In this document: in pieces, positions 1 to 9,783 of the stretch
How the letters are laid out: each line of letters starts with the position of its first letter
Numbering within the stretch: the first letter of the stretch is position 1
Source: a virus
Strand: one strand, 5' to 3'
IMG/VR virus record: IMGVR_UViG_3300027659_000020
Location: 1 to 64,000 of that record
Length of the DNA stretch: 64,000 nt
The notes under the pieces: model-generated
What the model saw: the letters and a program-made list of their open reading frames with translations, nothing else
Told to the model about the DNA's origin: nothing
Database searches by the model: none
Program-made: the position numbers and the translations under genes

Positions 1-255
1 GCTGAGTATCATAACGGCGAGGGCACGGTATCTGAGGGTACTGCCAAATCCAGCAAACCTTCGAGGAGTTCTCTAAGCGCAAAGGCCTGGACTGCCTCAG
101 AGAAGGCCGATGAAACCGGCGAGCGTGGTGATCACGACGCTGCTTTTGAACTTCATGCCAAAGCGGCGGAGGCCCACGAAGCGCATAATCCAAATGGTCG
201 CCTAGCTAGAGCCCACATGGATCAAGCCGAGTATCATAACGGCGAGGGCACGTAA
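1..255 (+). CDS. 3' end of His/Ala-rich repeat protein (partial), candidate capsid internal protein
   Basis: Frame +1 open to TAA at 253-255 (AEYHNGEGT...HAKAAEAHEAH...AEYHNGEGT*); 27-nt near-identical repeat at 1-27 and 226-252. Confidence 0.65.
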   Translation, partial: AEYHNGEGTVSEGTAKSSKPSRSSLSAKAWTASEKADETGERGDHDAAFELHAKAAEAHEAHNPNGRLARAHMDQAEYHNGEGT

Positions 256-285
256 TCTCTAAACTATTCAATAGAACATACTACT

Positions 286-621
286 ATGACAGATAACAAA
301 TCAATCAAAAACGTCGCCGAGTCTTATCGCGCAATGCAAATTGCTGAAGATAGCCAACACTCATATAATTGGGGGGCCCATCGTGGCGCCGATGCATATT
401 CCCCAGAACAGCAGAAAGCACATGCTCAACTAGTTAGTCATCTAAGCGGCGGAAAAGTTACAGTCAAATTTGGCGCCGGTAAAGCAGATGGTTCACACAG
501 CATGCACTGGCATGGACCTATAGGCGACATCAAGAAGACTATTGCTAAGTACCATACTGGAACATCAAACGAAAACGCTCCTGATTGGGTAAAGAAATTT
601 CACCCTAAGCTGTTCGCTTAA
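286..621 (+). CDS. His-rich hypothetical protein, candidate internal head protein
   Basis: 111-aa ORF; N-terminus VAESYRAMQIAE shared with 1470..1832. Confidence 0.6.
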   Translation: MTDNKSIKNVAESYRAMQIAEDSQHSYNWGAHRGADAYSPEQQKAHAQLVSHLSGGKVTVKFGAGKADGSHSMHWHGPIGDIKKTIAKYHTGTSNENAPDWVKKFHPKLFA

Positions 622-729
622 TATTGCGAAGTATCACGAGGGCAGGATGGAACACCACACAAATAGACGCTACGACTACGAGAACTAAGATTATACTAAA
701 TAATCGTCAAAACCACTAACTCATTTATC

Positions 730-1041
730 ATGACTACATTATTCCAAAAGATCAAGAAAGCGCTGGGGTTTTACACCAGATATCCATATTACTATAAGAT
801 CGAGGACACCACTGGTGAACCTGTAAAGGTCTCATATGCTCCCACAGCGTCTATTGCTGAACCAATTCCTGAGGAGTCAATTATTTCGCAGGAAGCTGCA
901 ATTGACACCAAAGATGATGGTATTGATCTGTCGCCCATGACAAAACCGGAATTGTTTAAGTATGGTCGCGCGCGTGGAATTGCCGTATCTATGCAAATGA
1001 GGAAACAAGAAATTATTGATAAGATCAATGCACATCATTGA
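730..1041 (+). CDS. hypothetical protein with C-terminal Rho-N/HeH-like helical motif
   Basis: LSPMTKPELFKYGRARGIAVSMQMRKQEIIDKI. Confidence 0.55.
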   Translation: MTTLFQKIKKALGFYTRYPYYYKIEDTTGEPVKVSYAPTASIAEPIPEESIISQEAAIDTKDDGIDLSPMTKPELFKYGRARGIAVSMQMRKQEIIDKINAHH

Positions 1042-1072
1042 TCTTTCATAGTGGTACCTCATAAATACCACT

Positions 1073-1441
1073 ATGAAGCTTTTTGATGAACTGACAGAGG
1101 ATAACTTTACGCTCTTTGCAGCCAAGCACTACAATAATCCACAGTGTCTGGACATTGCTGAATTTAAAGATGATCTTGCTCGTTTCAGGTATATCAAGCG
1201 GCTACTGCGCAGATATACTCAAACGGGCGAGCTTCAGGAACGACTAGTTCTGAACCATCTGATTATTATCTACAATGTCTTTGGAATCGAGGCCGCCAAC
1301 CGTATGTCCTTTTATCGAATTGAAGAAGAACTTTGGCCCGCGCTTAAAACGTTTCTGATCTATCTAAATTACCTACCAACAACTGAAAGAGTCGAGATAC
1401 CGCTCGACATGAAGATTGCCACAATACTCCGCCAAATATAA
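1073..1441 (+). CDS. conserved T4-like phage hypothetical protein
   Basis: LTEDNFTLFAAKHYNNPQC...RLVLNHLIIIYNVFG recalled from T4-like marine/freshwater myoviruses; ATAAATA at 1061-1067. Confidence 0.75.
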   Translation: MKLFDELTEDNFTLFAAKHYNNPQCLDIAEFKDDLARFRYIKRLLRRYTQTGELQERLVLNHLIIIYNVFGIEAANRMSFYRIEEELWPALKTFLIYLNYLPTTERVEIPLDMKIATILRQI

Positions 1442-1469
1442 ACAAATCCACAATTAAGAAAGTACTACT

Positions 1470-1832
1470 ATGTCTTCACATACCAAAACCGTTGCGGATT
1501 CCTACCGCGCAATGAATTCGTTAACAGAAGCTCGCTTTAACGCCGGTGATACTGTTGCCCATCATTTGGCTGGTACTATTCATCATTTGAGTAGCGCTGC
1601 CGAGCTAGACGGACGTGAAGCGCACGAGCATGCGGAATTAGCATCAGCGCACGCAGATACTGCGGGCAAATTTGCTAATTCTAGTCGTGAACATGCAGAT
1701 GCTGCTCATGCACATGAAATAATGCGCGATTACTTTAAAAGTGTTACCGCAGGCCCATTCAATGACTCTGCTAAGCAATTGGCTGTCCACCATCGTAAAC
1801 AAGCTAATTTTCATAATGACTATGGCAATTAA
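1470..1832 (+). CDS. His/Ala-rich hypothetical protein, candidate internal head protein
   Basis: VADSYRAMNSLTE N-terminus; HxxA-rich helices. Confidence 0.6.
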   Translation: MSSHTKTVADSYRAMNSLTEARFNAGDTVAHHLAGTIHHLSSAAELDGREAHEHAELASAHADTAGKFANSSREHADAAHAHEIMRDYFKSVTAGPFNDSAKQLAVHHRKQANFHNDYGN

Positions 1833-1859
1833 CGACCATAGTAATATACCACAACAATT

Positions 1860-2228
1860 ATGAACCAATACACAATAACCTCACTAGGTCAAGCATTTGC
1901 GGAAATTTCTGAGTCACTTCGCTTAAACCCAGACCATATTGTTCACCATGATGGCCAATCCGCGGATTTTGCAAAAGCTTATGTAGCTGCGCATAAAGGA
2001 GATTATTCGGCATCTGCGCCAAGTCCAAAGCATATTAAAGATCAAGAAGAATTCCACAACAACTATGATGTGACTCATGTCCATAGTGGATTTGCGGGCA
2101 CTGGCACAGATCAGTTTACTCACAAATTAACTGGTAATAAGTTCGAAGTTGCACGGCGCTCAAACGGCAGGGGGTTTTATGGCACAGACCATACTATTCG
2201 CAAGCTGCAACGTGATATTAAGCCGTAA
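1860..2228 (+). CDS. hypothetical protein
   Basis: 122-aa ORF, His-rich, AFAEISE near N-terminus. Confidence 0.55.
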   Translation: MNQYTITSLGQAFAEISESLRLNPDHIVHHDGQSADFAKAYVAAHKGDYSASAPSPKHIKDQEEFHNNYDVTHVHSGFAGTGTDQFTHKLTGNKFEVARRSNGRGFYGTDHTIRKLQRDIKP

Positions 2229-2233
2229 TCTCT

Positions 2234-2824
2234 ATGGGTCTGATCTCTCGTACAGCTGATCTCTACTACACATTCCGGTTTCTAAAGATTCTGGTGACAC
2301 CCTGGGAAGAGATGGATGCGTTTAAGCATGGCATCATTGATCGGGATGGAACTGTGCTGCGTAAGTCATCTGAGCTTAAGACTGATGCCGAGCGCTCATC
2401 ATACACCACATTCCACCGTCTGGTGTTCAATCTCAAGAAGCTACTCAATAAAGTACCTCTGGGAAAGACGCGGATTGCATCTTATGCAGCAGCGCTGTAT
2501 CTGCTGAAAGAAGAAACGGGCATGAGCGATAAGGGTATTCGCGCTATGCTCGAGAAGATCGAGGGAATTGACTTTGATCTTGCACTACAGGAAAACACAT
2601 GGTTTCTCAATGATAAGGGTTACCTGCAACCTGGCACTTACTCTTTGAGAAATAACTTACCATTACTCTCAACTGGCGAGGTTCGCGCTCACTCAGGCAC
2701 TAAGATTGATGTGACAGAGGCAGTCTCACCTGCTGGTAGTATTATAGGAATTCCGGTGTTCCATGTCAAGCATAGAAACACTCAGCAGCTAATCTGTATA
2801 ACCACCGAAGACATTACTCGCTAA
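2234..2824 (+). CDS. conserved T4-like phage hypothetical protein
   Basis: ADLYYTFRFLKILVTPW...YTTFHRLVFNLKKLL...SYAAALYLLKE. Confidence 0.75.
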   Translation: MGLISRTADLYYTFRFLKILVTPWEEMDAFKHGIIDRDGTVLRKSSELKTDAERSSYTTFHRLVFNLKKLLNKVPLGKTRIASYAAALYLLKEETGMSDKGIRAMLEKIEGIDFDLALQENTWFLNDKGYLQPGTYSLRNNLPLLSTGEVRAHSGTKIDVTEAVSPAGSIIGIPVFHVKHRNTQQLICITTEDITR

Positions 2825-3186
2825 TGAAGCCACTACGAAAACTCCGCGAGGATGGATCACCGGCCGCAGCCGTCAGTGCAACTCCTGCTGCACCTACCAA
2901 CCGTACAGGAGATACTGCTAGTATGTCAATGCCTACTACGGCACATCCTGGGCAAGTATTTCGTCGCTACAAACAATTTGATCTGGAACCAGAGACATTC
3001 AGAAAGTTTGAAAAGGGCAGAATGAAGTTTGAGCGTTGGTCTAAGTTTCTCAATATGGAAAATGAGAACCACAAAGCCATTTATGACTATGCTAACCAGA
3101 ATCGCAAAAACGATCATCTGATAGTGATTCGAGATATCAACACAGGAGCTCTTAGAGCTATTCGTCGTCGGCACCCAGTTGAGTAA
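2824..3186 (+). CDS. conserved T4-like phage hypothetical protein
   Basis: GRMKFERWSKFLN...DINTGALRAIR; TAATG coupling to upstream gene. Confidence 0.65.
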   Translation: MKPLRKLREDGSPAAAVSATPAAPTNRTGDTASMSMPTTAHPGQVFRRYKQFDLEPETFRKFEKGRMKFERWSKFLNMENENHKAIYDYANQNRKNDHLIVIRDINTGALRAIRRRHPVE

Positions 3187-3276
3187 GTTATTACCGCTAG
3201 CGGTGTTTCACTCTGGTGTAAAAACACCGGAGTATAGATATCTCACTGTGTTTTTGAGGCCACTGCGGTTTAAAGG

Positions 3277-3305
3277 TTTACAAGTACCTATGAATAGGAT
3301 ACAGT
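3277..3305 (+). promoter_or_regulatory. sigma70-like promoter
   Basis: TTTACA-17-TACAGT upstream of nrdB. Confidence 0.5.
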
Positions 3306-3334
3306 AATACTCTGTCATTTAAGACCTACCAACT

Positions 3335-4309
3335 ATGATTTTTGAAGAACAAATATCGCGCAAGCCGGATCATTATCCCTGGACTGAAGAGTTCATTACC
3401 GCCATGCACAATGGCTTTTGGTCCGACAAGGAGTTCAATTTTCAGAGTGATGTTCAGGACTTTAAGACTGAGTTAACTGAACAGGAGCGTGAGATGATCT
3501 CGCGCTGCTTATCTGCCATTGGTCAGATCGAAGTAGCAGTTAAGACTTTCTGGGCCAAGATTGGAGAGAATCTTCCACATCCATCTATTACAGATTTGGG
3601 TTATGTGATGGCCAATGTAGAGGTGATCCATAATAATGCATATGAGCGTCTGCTTAGAGTTCTTGAGATGGAGCATCTATTCGAGGAGAATCTTAAGCTC
3701 GACATCATTCAAGGGCGAGTGCAGTACCTAAGAAAGTATCTCAGGAAACACTACAAGGATTCGCGCAAACAGTATGTCTATTCGCTAATTCTGTTCACGC
3801 TCTATGTAGAGAATGTGTCGCTATTCAGCCAATTTTATACTATCAACTGGTTTAATCGCTTTCGGAATGTTCTCAAAGATACCGCTCAACAAGTTGCTTA
3901 TACCTCCCGCGAGGAGCTACTGCACGCTATGGTGGGCATTAAGCTGGTTAATGTGATCCGTGAGGAGCATCCTGAGCTATTCGATAACGAGCTCATCGAG
4001 CGTATCCGTCATGAGTGTAAAGAAGCATATAATGCAGAAGCTAAGATTATCGACTGGGCCGTTAATGGCTACAATGCAGAAGGTCTGAGCGCTGATATTC
4101 TAAAAGAGTTCATTAAGTTCCGCCTGAATGATTCATTAGTTCAGATTGGTATTGCACCGATATTTGAGAACCTAGACCAGAAACTCCTAGATAAGACTAC
4201 ATGGTTTGACGAGGATGTTCTGGGAAATAACTCGACAGACTTCTTCTTTAAGCGTCCGGTAGAATACGCAAAGAAATCGCAATCTTACCAAGCGTCCGAT
4301 CTATTTTAA
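3335..4309 (+). CDS. nrdB: ribonucleotide reductase class I beta subunit
   Basis: EVIHNNAY, ENVSLFSQF, REELLH di-metal ligands; DFFFKRPVEY C-terminus. Confidence 0.95.
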   Translation: MIFEEQISRKPDHYPWTEEFITAMHNGFWSDKEFNFQSDVQDFKTELTEQEREMISRCLSAIGQIEVAVKTFWAKIGENLPHPSITDLGYVMANVEVIHNNAYERLLRVLEMEHLFEENLKLDIIQGRVQYLRKYLRKHYKDSRKQYVYSLILFTLYVENVSLFSQFYTINWFNRFRNVLKDTAQQVAYTSREELLHAMVGIKLVNVIREEHPELFDNELIERIRHECKEAYNAEAKIIDWAVNGYNAEGLSADILKEFIKFRLNDSLVQIGIAPIFENLDQKLLDKTTWFDEDVLGNNSTDFFFKRPVEYAKKSQSYQASDLF

Positions 4310-4313
4310 TTGA

Positions 4314-5963
4314 ATGAACGACCGATATTATTGGCTCAATGAGGACTCGCGCCTCTTTCTTGAACGTGGATATCTGGCTACTGGCCAGACGCCTGAGCAT
4401 CGTATTCGGCATATTGCTGAGGCTGCAGAGGAAATTTTGCGAGTTCCTGGGTTTGCGAATAAGTTCGAGGATTATATGTCTAGAGGATGGTATTCACTGT
4501 CTAGTCCAATCTGGGCAAATTTCGGCATACCACGCGGCCTACCGATCTCATGCTTTGGATCATACATCTCCGACAAGCTTGAGTGTATTCTAGAGAAGAC
4601 AGCAGAGGTTGGAATGATGACAAAGATGGGTGGAGGCACGTCTGCATACTTTGGCGCACTTCGTCCTCGCGGCGCTGAGATCTCAACCGGTGGTAAATCT
4701 TCTGGCCCAGTTCATTTTATGGAGATGTTTGAGACTACCACAAATGTAGTCTCTCAATCAAATGTTCGCCGAGGATCTTTTGCTGCATATATGCCAATCG
4801 AGCATTCAGATATTCTGGAGTTCTTGCAGATTCGATCTGATGGCCATTCCATTCAGAATCTGTCTATTGGCGTAACTATCACAGATGAGTGGATGAAGTC
4901 GATGGTTGGAGGAGATGAAGGCAAGCGCAAGATCTGGAGTAAGGTTATTCAGAAGCGCTTTGAGTCTGGTTATCCCTACATCGTATTCTCGGATAATGTA
5001 AACAATAATGCCCCGCAGGTCTACAAAGACAAAGGCCGCAAGATTGTAGCCTCTAATCTGTGCTCTGAGATTGCGCTGTCCTCAAACGAGGAAGAATCAT
5101 TTGTCTGTAATCTGAGCAGCATGAACCTGCTGCACTACGATGAATGGAAGGATACCGATGCAGCTGAGACGCTAACGTGGTTTCTTGATGCAGTAATGAC
5201 AGAGTTTATTCGCAAAGTAGCAGGTCTGCCATTCATGGAAGCTCCGTATAAGTTTGCAGTATCTCAACGTGCTCTGGGCATCGGTGTGCTGGGATGGCAC
5301 TCATATCTACAGTCTAAGATGATTCCGTTTGAGTCATTCGAAGCTAAGCTACTGAATGTGCAGATTCATAGGCTACTACGAGATAAAACTCAGGCAGCAT
5401 CCCGTGAAATGGCTAAGGTATTTGGCGAGCCTGAGCTTTTACGCGGCTATGGTTTACGGAATGTCACTACATTAGCTATCGCTCCAACAACAAGCTCAAG
5501 CTTTATTCTTGGTCAGGTATCACCCTCCGTTGAGCCGCTGAACTCTAATTACTTCGTGAAGGATCTGTCAAAAGGCAAGTTCACTTACAAGAATCCTTAC
5601 CTTCAGGCGGTGCTCGAAAAACACGGCAAAAACGATAAGGCAGTATGGCAGACAATTTTAGTTAGAGGCGGAACAGTACAACATCTCGACTTCCTCTCCG
5701 AAAATGAAAAAGAAGTATTCAAGACCTTCGGCGAGATTTCACAAAAGGAAATCTTGATTCAGGCCTCTGCTCGTCAAAAGTACATTGATCAGAGCCAGTC
5801 AATCAATCTGATGATTCATCCTAAGACATTACCTAAGGACGTCAATCAGCTAATAATCTTTGCATGGGAGCAGGGAATTAAGAGTCTGTACTATCAGCGT
5901 GGCACCAACCCAGCACAGGAACTGGGGCGTAACCTACTCCACTGTGCATCATGTGAGGCATAA
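4314..5963 (+). CDS. nrdA: ribonucleotide reductase class I alpha subunit (no ATP cone)
   Basis: PISCFG, SNLCSEI, VCNLSS, APTTSSS, KSLYY, C-terminal CASCEA. Confidence 0.95.
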   Translation: MNDRYYWLNEDSRLFLERGYLATGQTPEHRIRHIAEAAEEILRVPGFANKFEDYMSRGWYSLSSPIWANFGIPRGLPISCFGSYISDKLECILEKTAEVGMMTKMGGGTSAYFGALRPRGAEISTGGKSSGPVHFMEMFETTTNVVSQSNVRRGSFAAYMPIEHSDILEFLQIRSDGHSIQNLSIGVTITDEWMKSMVGGDEGKRKIWSKVIQKRFESGYPYIVFSDNVNNNAPQVYKDKGRKIVASNLCSEIALSSNEEESFVCNLSSMNLLHYDEWKDTDAAETLTWFLDAVMTEFIRKVAGLPFMEAPYKFAVSQRALGIGVLGWHSYLQSKMIPFESFEAKLLNVQIHRLLRDKTQAASREMAKVFGEPELLRGYGLRNVTTLAIAPTTSSSFILGQVSPSVEPLNSNYFVKDLSKGKFTYKNPYLQAVLEKHGKNDKAVWQTILVRGGTVQHLDFLSENEKEVFKTFGEISQKEILIQASARQKYIDQSQSINLMIHPKTLPKDVNQLIIFAWEQGIKSLYYQRGTNPAQELGRNLLHCASCEA

Positions 5964-5966
5964 CCA

Positions 5967-6149
5967 ATGAAGATCGAAAAAGAATGTAACTGCTGTGGAG
6001 CCCTATACTCTATCGGGTTTGACCTGATCTCAAATGATCTGGATCCAGAGCAGGATACTAATGCTAACGATGGAGATGAATTCTATCCTGAGTTCTGTCC
6101 TTTCTGTGGCTCACATGAATCGGAAGAGGATACGATAGAGGATGATTGA
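5967..6149 (+). CDS. small acidic zinc-ribbon protein
   Basis: CNCC...CPFCG. Confidence 0.65.
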   Translation: MKIEKECNCCGALYSIGFDLISNDLDPEQDTNANDGDEFYPEFCPFCGSHESEEDTIEDD

Positions 6150-6175
6150 AGAAACTCTGATAGATACCATTAACT

Positions 6176-6592
6176 ATGTGGTACTATCAGAATGCGCTAT
6201 TTGATCCAGGGGAAGGCGAGCTCGATCCCAAGAAGGATATCGGGTTTGTCTACTGTATTACCAATCTGGTAAATGGCCGAAAGTATATCGGTAAGAAATT
6301 GTTCTTCAGCTCGAAGAGCAAGCAGATTAAGGGTAAGAAAAAGAAGTTCAAGATTGAGTCGGATTGGCGCAAGTACTACGGCTCAAACGCCGCAATCCAG
6401 CAGGATGTGAAGGACCTAGGTGCCGAAAGCTTTCGGCGCGAGATCCTTTATCTCTGTATCTCAAAATCAGAATGCAGTTACTGGGAGGCATATGAGCAGT
6501 TCACGCGCAAAGCTATCCTAGATAAGAACTATTACAATGATTGGCTAACCTGCAAGATCACGCGAAAACATTTGGCTAAATTGCAATTTTGA
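6176..6592 (+). CDS. GIY-YIG endonuclease (T4 endonuclease II-like)
   Basis: GFVYCITN...RKYIGKK, ESDWRKYYGS, YYN. Confidence 0.8.
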   Translation: MWYYQNALFDPGEGELDPKKDIGFVYCITNLVNGRKYIGKKLFFSSKSKQIKGKKKKFKIESDWRKYYGSNAAIQQDVKDLGAESFRREILYLCISKSECSYWEAYEQFTRKAILDKNYYNDWLTCKITRKHLAKLQF

Positions 6593-6594
6593 TG

Positions 6595-6623
6595 TTTACA
6601 AACCTGAGTGCTCGGTGTAGGGT
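6595..6623 (+). promoter_or_regulatory. sigma70-like promoter
   Basis: TTTACA-17-TAGGGT. Confidence 0.55.
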
Positions 6624-6632
6624 ATCGTTACT

Positions 6633-7490
6633 ATGATTATCGTAGATTATTCTGGTGTCGCTATTGCCAATCTGTTTGCAATGAAAGCGGAGGTGTCAGA
6701 ACACTTAGTGAGGCATATGATTCTGAACTCGCTTCGAATGTATAACGTCAAGTACCGACACGAGTATGGCCAGATGGTTGTAGCCTGCGACGGCGGCAAT
6801 ACCTGGCGTAAGCAACTCTATCCGCAGTATAAGGCACACCGCAAGAAGAACCGCGAAGACAGCGGCCTCGATTGGACAGAGTTCTTCCGCATTCTCGGCA
6901 CAGTGCGCGATGAGATTAAAGAAAATCTGCCGTTCAAGGTTGTCCACTTACACGGCATAGAGGCAGACGATGTTATTGCCACAATGGTGTATCAGACGCA
7001 AGAATTCGGTAAAGGCGAGCCCGTAATGATTATCTCGGCTGACAAGGATTTTGTGCAACTGCACCAGTATAAAAACGTCAAGCAGTTCAGTCCGATGACA
7101 AAGGGTCTTATTAAAGAAGGCGATCCGGTTGCATATCTCTATGAGCATATTTTTCGCGGAGATTCCGGCGATGGCATTCCGAATGTTCTGTCGCCAGATA
7201 ATACCTTTGTAGATAGTATCCGTCAAAAACCAGTCACCACCAAGAAGATTGACGAATGGGTTAAGAATATCTCCAATCTTCAATCTGTTATGGATCAGGA
7301 GACTTATCGCAATTATCAGCGCAACCGCGCTCTGATCGATTTGTCTGCTATTCCTCCTACCAAAAAGCTTGAGATCATAAATACATTCGAGGCAGTGAAA
7401 CCAGCTTCAAACACACTAAACTATCTGATTGGCAAACGTTGCGCTCAACTCATTGAGTGCGCCGCGGAATTTAATTCTATCACACTATGA
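6633..7490 (+). CDS. rnh: T4-type RNase H / 5'-3' exonuclease
   Basis: WRKQLYPQYKAHR, EADDVIA, SADKDFVQL, GDSGDGIPN. Confidence 0.92.
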   Translation: MIIVDYSGVAIANLFAMKAEVSEHLVRHMILNSLRMYNVKYRHEYGQMVVACDGGNTWRKQLYPQYKAHRKKNREDSGLDWTEFFRILGTVRDEIKENLPFKVVHLHGIEADDVIATMVYQTQEFGKGEPVMIISADKDFVQLHQYKNVKQFSPMTKGLIKEGDPVAYLYEHIFRGDSGDGIPNVLSPDNTFVDSIRQKPVTTKKIDEWVKNISNLQSVMDQETYRNYQRNRALIDLSAIPPTKKLEIINTFEAVKPASNTLNYLIGKRCAQLIECAAEFNSITL

Positions 7491-7921
7491 AATACCTGAA
7501 AATCTACGAGGTGCTTTACAAGGCCTCTAATGCCGCTGCTACTGAAGAAAAGATTGCAATTCTCAAGGAGAATGATTCGCTAGCTCTCCGTGATGTTCTG
7601 CGCGCATCATTTGATGACAGCATTATCTTCACGCTTCCTGCTGGTATTCCAGGATATAAATCTGCCCTTTCAAATGAAGGACTTGCTCCAACCGATCTTC
7701 GGCGCGTTACCACTCACTTTACTTACTTCGTCAAAGGCGGCGAGGGCGAGAAACTCAAGCCAGCAAAGCGCGAATCCATGTTTATGGCTATCCTTGAAGG
7801 CGTGCATCCAGAAGATGCAAATGTTGTCTGTCAAATGAAGGAAAAGACTCTAGGAACCAAGTTTCCCGGAATTACCAAAGATCTGGTAAAAACTGTCTGG
7901 CCAAAATTGATTGCCAAATAA
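7487..7921 (+). CDS. conserved T4-like hypothetical protein following rnh
   Basis: KRESMFMAILEGVHPEDA motif. Confidence 0.75.
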   Translation: MKYLKIYEVLYKASNAAATEEKIAILKENDSLALRDVLRASFDDSIIFTLPAGIPGYKSALSNEGLAPTDLRRVTTHFTYFVKGGEGEKLKPAKRESMFMAILEGVHPEDANVVCQMKEKTLGTKFPGITKDLVKTVWPKLIAK

Positions 7922-7979
7922 TTCTTTGATGGCACACCTTGTGCTCACTATATCATGGCTTAACCCGTAATAACAACCC

Positions 7980-8159
7980 ATGATTACAAACCAACTGGAA
8001 AGACTCAAGCAAGACTGTCTAGAACTCGATTATTTCGTTCAGCGCTTACAGAAAGAAGGCAATGAAAAACGAGTTCAGGCTTTACAGCGAAAACAGCAGT
8101 ATCTTGAGGAATATATCCAGTCAATGCAACTAAGCCCACCAGCCGAGTTTGCGGCCTGA
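7980..8159 (+). CDS. small helical hypothetical protein (59 aa, below ORF-track cutoff)
   Basis: MITNQLERLKQDCLELDYFVQRLQKEG...PAEFAA*. Confidence 0.6.
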   Translation: MITNQLERLKQDCLELDYFVQRLQKEGNEKRVQALQRKQQYLEEYIQSMQLSPPAEFAA

Positions 8160-8169
8160 GTATTTTTAG

Positions 8170-8198
8170 TTTACATCCTGCGCAAAGTAGGATAAAGT
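8170..8198 (+). promoter_or_regulatory. sigma70-like promoter
   Basis: TTTACA-17-TAAAGT. Confidence 0.5.
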
Positions 8199-8210
8199 AT
8201 AGTCTATATT

Positions 8211-8783
8211 ATGAATATCTTCGTGTTAGATTCAGACCCCGTGCTTGCCGCACAGTATCAGTGCAACAAGCACGTTGTCAAGATGATTGTCGAGTCTGCT
8301 CAGATGCTAAGCACAACTCATCGTTTGCTTGACGGACTGTGCATTCCACAGTCTGTCACTAGCGCAAGGACGGGCAAGATTCGCCTCAAGAAAACATGGC
8401 AACTTAAAGATCAAGAAGCCAATGCTATTCTTTACAATGTCACTCATCCTGGGCATCCATCGACTGTCTGGACGATGGAATCGCTAGCAAATTATACCTG
8501 GCACTACCAGCACTTCTGCGCGCTGTGCGATGAGTATACTCACCGCTATGGCAAGACACACAAGACAGATGCCAAACTCCGACCTGTTCTGTGTTGGGCT
8601 CCGCACAATATACCCAATATCCCACAAACTCAGTTTCGTCTAGCCATGGAGTCTCAGCCTCAATGCAAGAATCTTGCTGATCCTGTAGCTTCATACCGCG
8701 CCTTCTATCGCACCAAGCAAAGCCGATTCAAGATGGTCTGGTCAAAGCGTACCACTCCTGACTGGTTTACTGGCAATACATAA
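8211..8783 (+). CDS. pyrimidine-dimer DNA glycosylase (DenV)-like family protein
   Basis: MNIFVLD..P..AA...CNKHVVKMIVESAQML, HPSTVW, EYTHRYGKTH. Confidence 0.8.
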   Translation: MNIFVLDSDPVLAAQYQCNKHVVKMIVESAQMLSTTHRLLDGLCIPQSVTSARTGKIRLKKTWQLKDQEANAILYNVTHPGHPSTVWTMESLANYTWHYQHFCALCDEYTHRYGKTHKTDAKLRPVLCWAPHNIPNIPQTQFRLAMESQPQCKNLADPVASYRAFYRTKQSRFKMVWSKRTTPDWFTGNT

Positions 8784-8791
8784 TACCATCT

Positions 8792-9043
8792 ATGCCTAAC
8801 TACGATTTCAGCTGCAGCTCATGCGACCATGAGTTTGCAGAAAATGTTCCGATTGCTAACCGCGACGATGCTCGTGCTTGCCCTTCCTGTGGCAAGAATA
8901 CAGTTAAGCGCGGTGTATCAGCAGCAACAGTTTCTTATTCTGGCTTCAAGGATAACGTAACTCGCGCAGGCAGTGGATGGAATGATGTTCTCAATAAAGT
9001 AAAGAAAAAAGCAGGAAGTATAAACACTATCAAAACCCGCTAA
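8792..9043 (+). CDS. FmdB-family zinc-ribbon protein
   Basis: MPNYDFSCSSCDHEF...CPSCG. Confidence 0.8.
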   Translation: MPNYDFSCSSCDHEFAENVPIANRDDARACPSCGKNTVKRGVSAATVSYSGFKDNVTRAGSGWNDVLNKVKKKAGSINTIKTR

Positions 9044-9783
9044 TGGCTAAATTGAAAAAACAAAAACAGAAACAGCCTCAAGCTCCAGTAGTACTTCCAA
9101 GGTTTGAATCACTTAAAGTGATCGAGCCTCTGACTAAGTCTCAGGAGAAGGTATTTAAAGCATTTGAGAAAAACAACCACCTGTGCTTATCTGGCTGTGC
9201 CGGAACGGGCAAGACTTTTCTAGCCATGTATCTTGCGCTCGAGGAGGTTATGTCTGGTAAGTCAAAAGCCGAAAAGATTATTATTGTCCGCTCAATTGTT
9301 CCAACTCGTGACATTGGCTTCCTTCCGGGAGATCGCGCAGAGAAGGAATCTACATACTTATACCCTTACATTGCTATCTGCGCCGAGTTGTTTGGCGATC
9401 CTATGGCATGGGCAAAGCTGGTGGCTAAGAAACAAGTTGAGTTCCTGACAACCTCATTTGTCCGCGGTATCACTCTGCGTAACTCAATCGTCATTATCGA
9501 TGAGATGCAGAATCTTACATTCCATGAGCTTGACTCGATTATTACTCGTCTGGGTGATAACTGCCGTCTGATTATGTGCGGCGACTACTATCAGACTGAC
9601 CTCGAGAAAAAGAATGACAAGTGCGGTATTCTCGAGTTCATGGAGATCATCGAGCAGATGAAGTATTTCTATTCTATTGAGTTTGGCTGGCAGGATATCG
9701 TACGGTCCGGCCTAGTCCGAGATTACATTATGACAAAGGAAATCGTACAAAAAGACAAACACATTAAAGCTACGAAGACATGA
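9043..9783 (+). CDS. phoH: PhoH-family ATPase
   Basis: GCAGTGKT, IGFLPG, RGITL, DEMQN, GDYYQTD, DIVRSGLV. Confidence 0.93.
   Translation: MAKLKKQKQKQPQAPVVLPRFESLKVIEPLTKSQEKVFKAFEKNNHLCLSGCAGTGKTFLAMYLALEEVMSGKSKAEKIIIVRSIVPTRDIGFLPGDRAEKESTYLYPYIAICAELFGDPMAWAKLVAKKQVEFLTTSFVRGITLRNSIVIIDEMQNLTFHELDSIITRLGDNCRLIMCGDYYQTDLEKKNDKCGILEFMEIIEQMKYFYSIEFGWQDIVRSGLVRDYIMTKEIVQKDKHIKATKT

Noticed and set aside
3335-5963. Introns or inteins in nrdA/nrdB
   Set aside because: Both ORFs are continuous and compact, with no insertion evident
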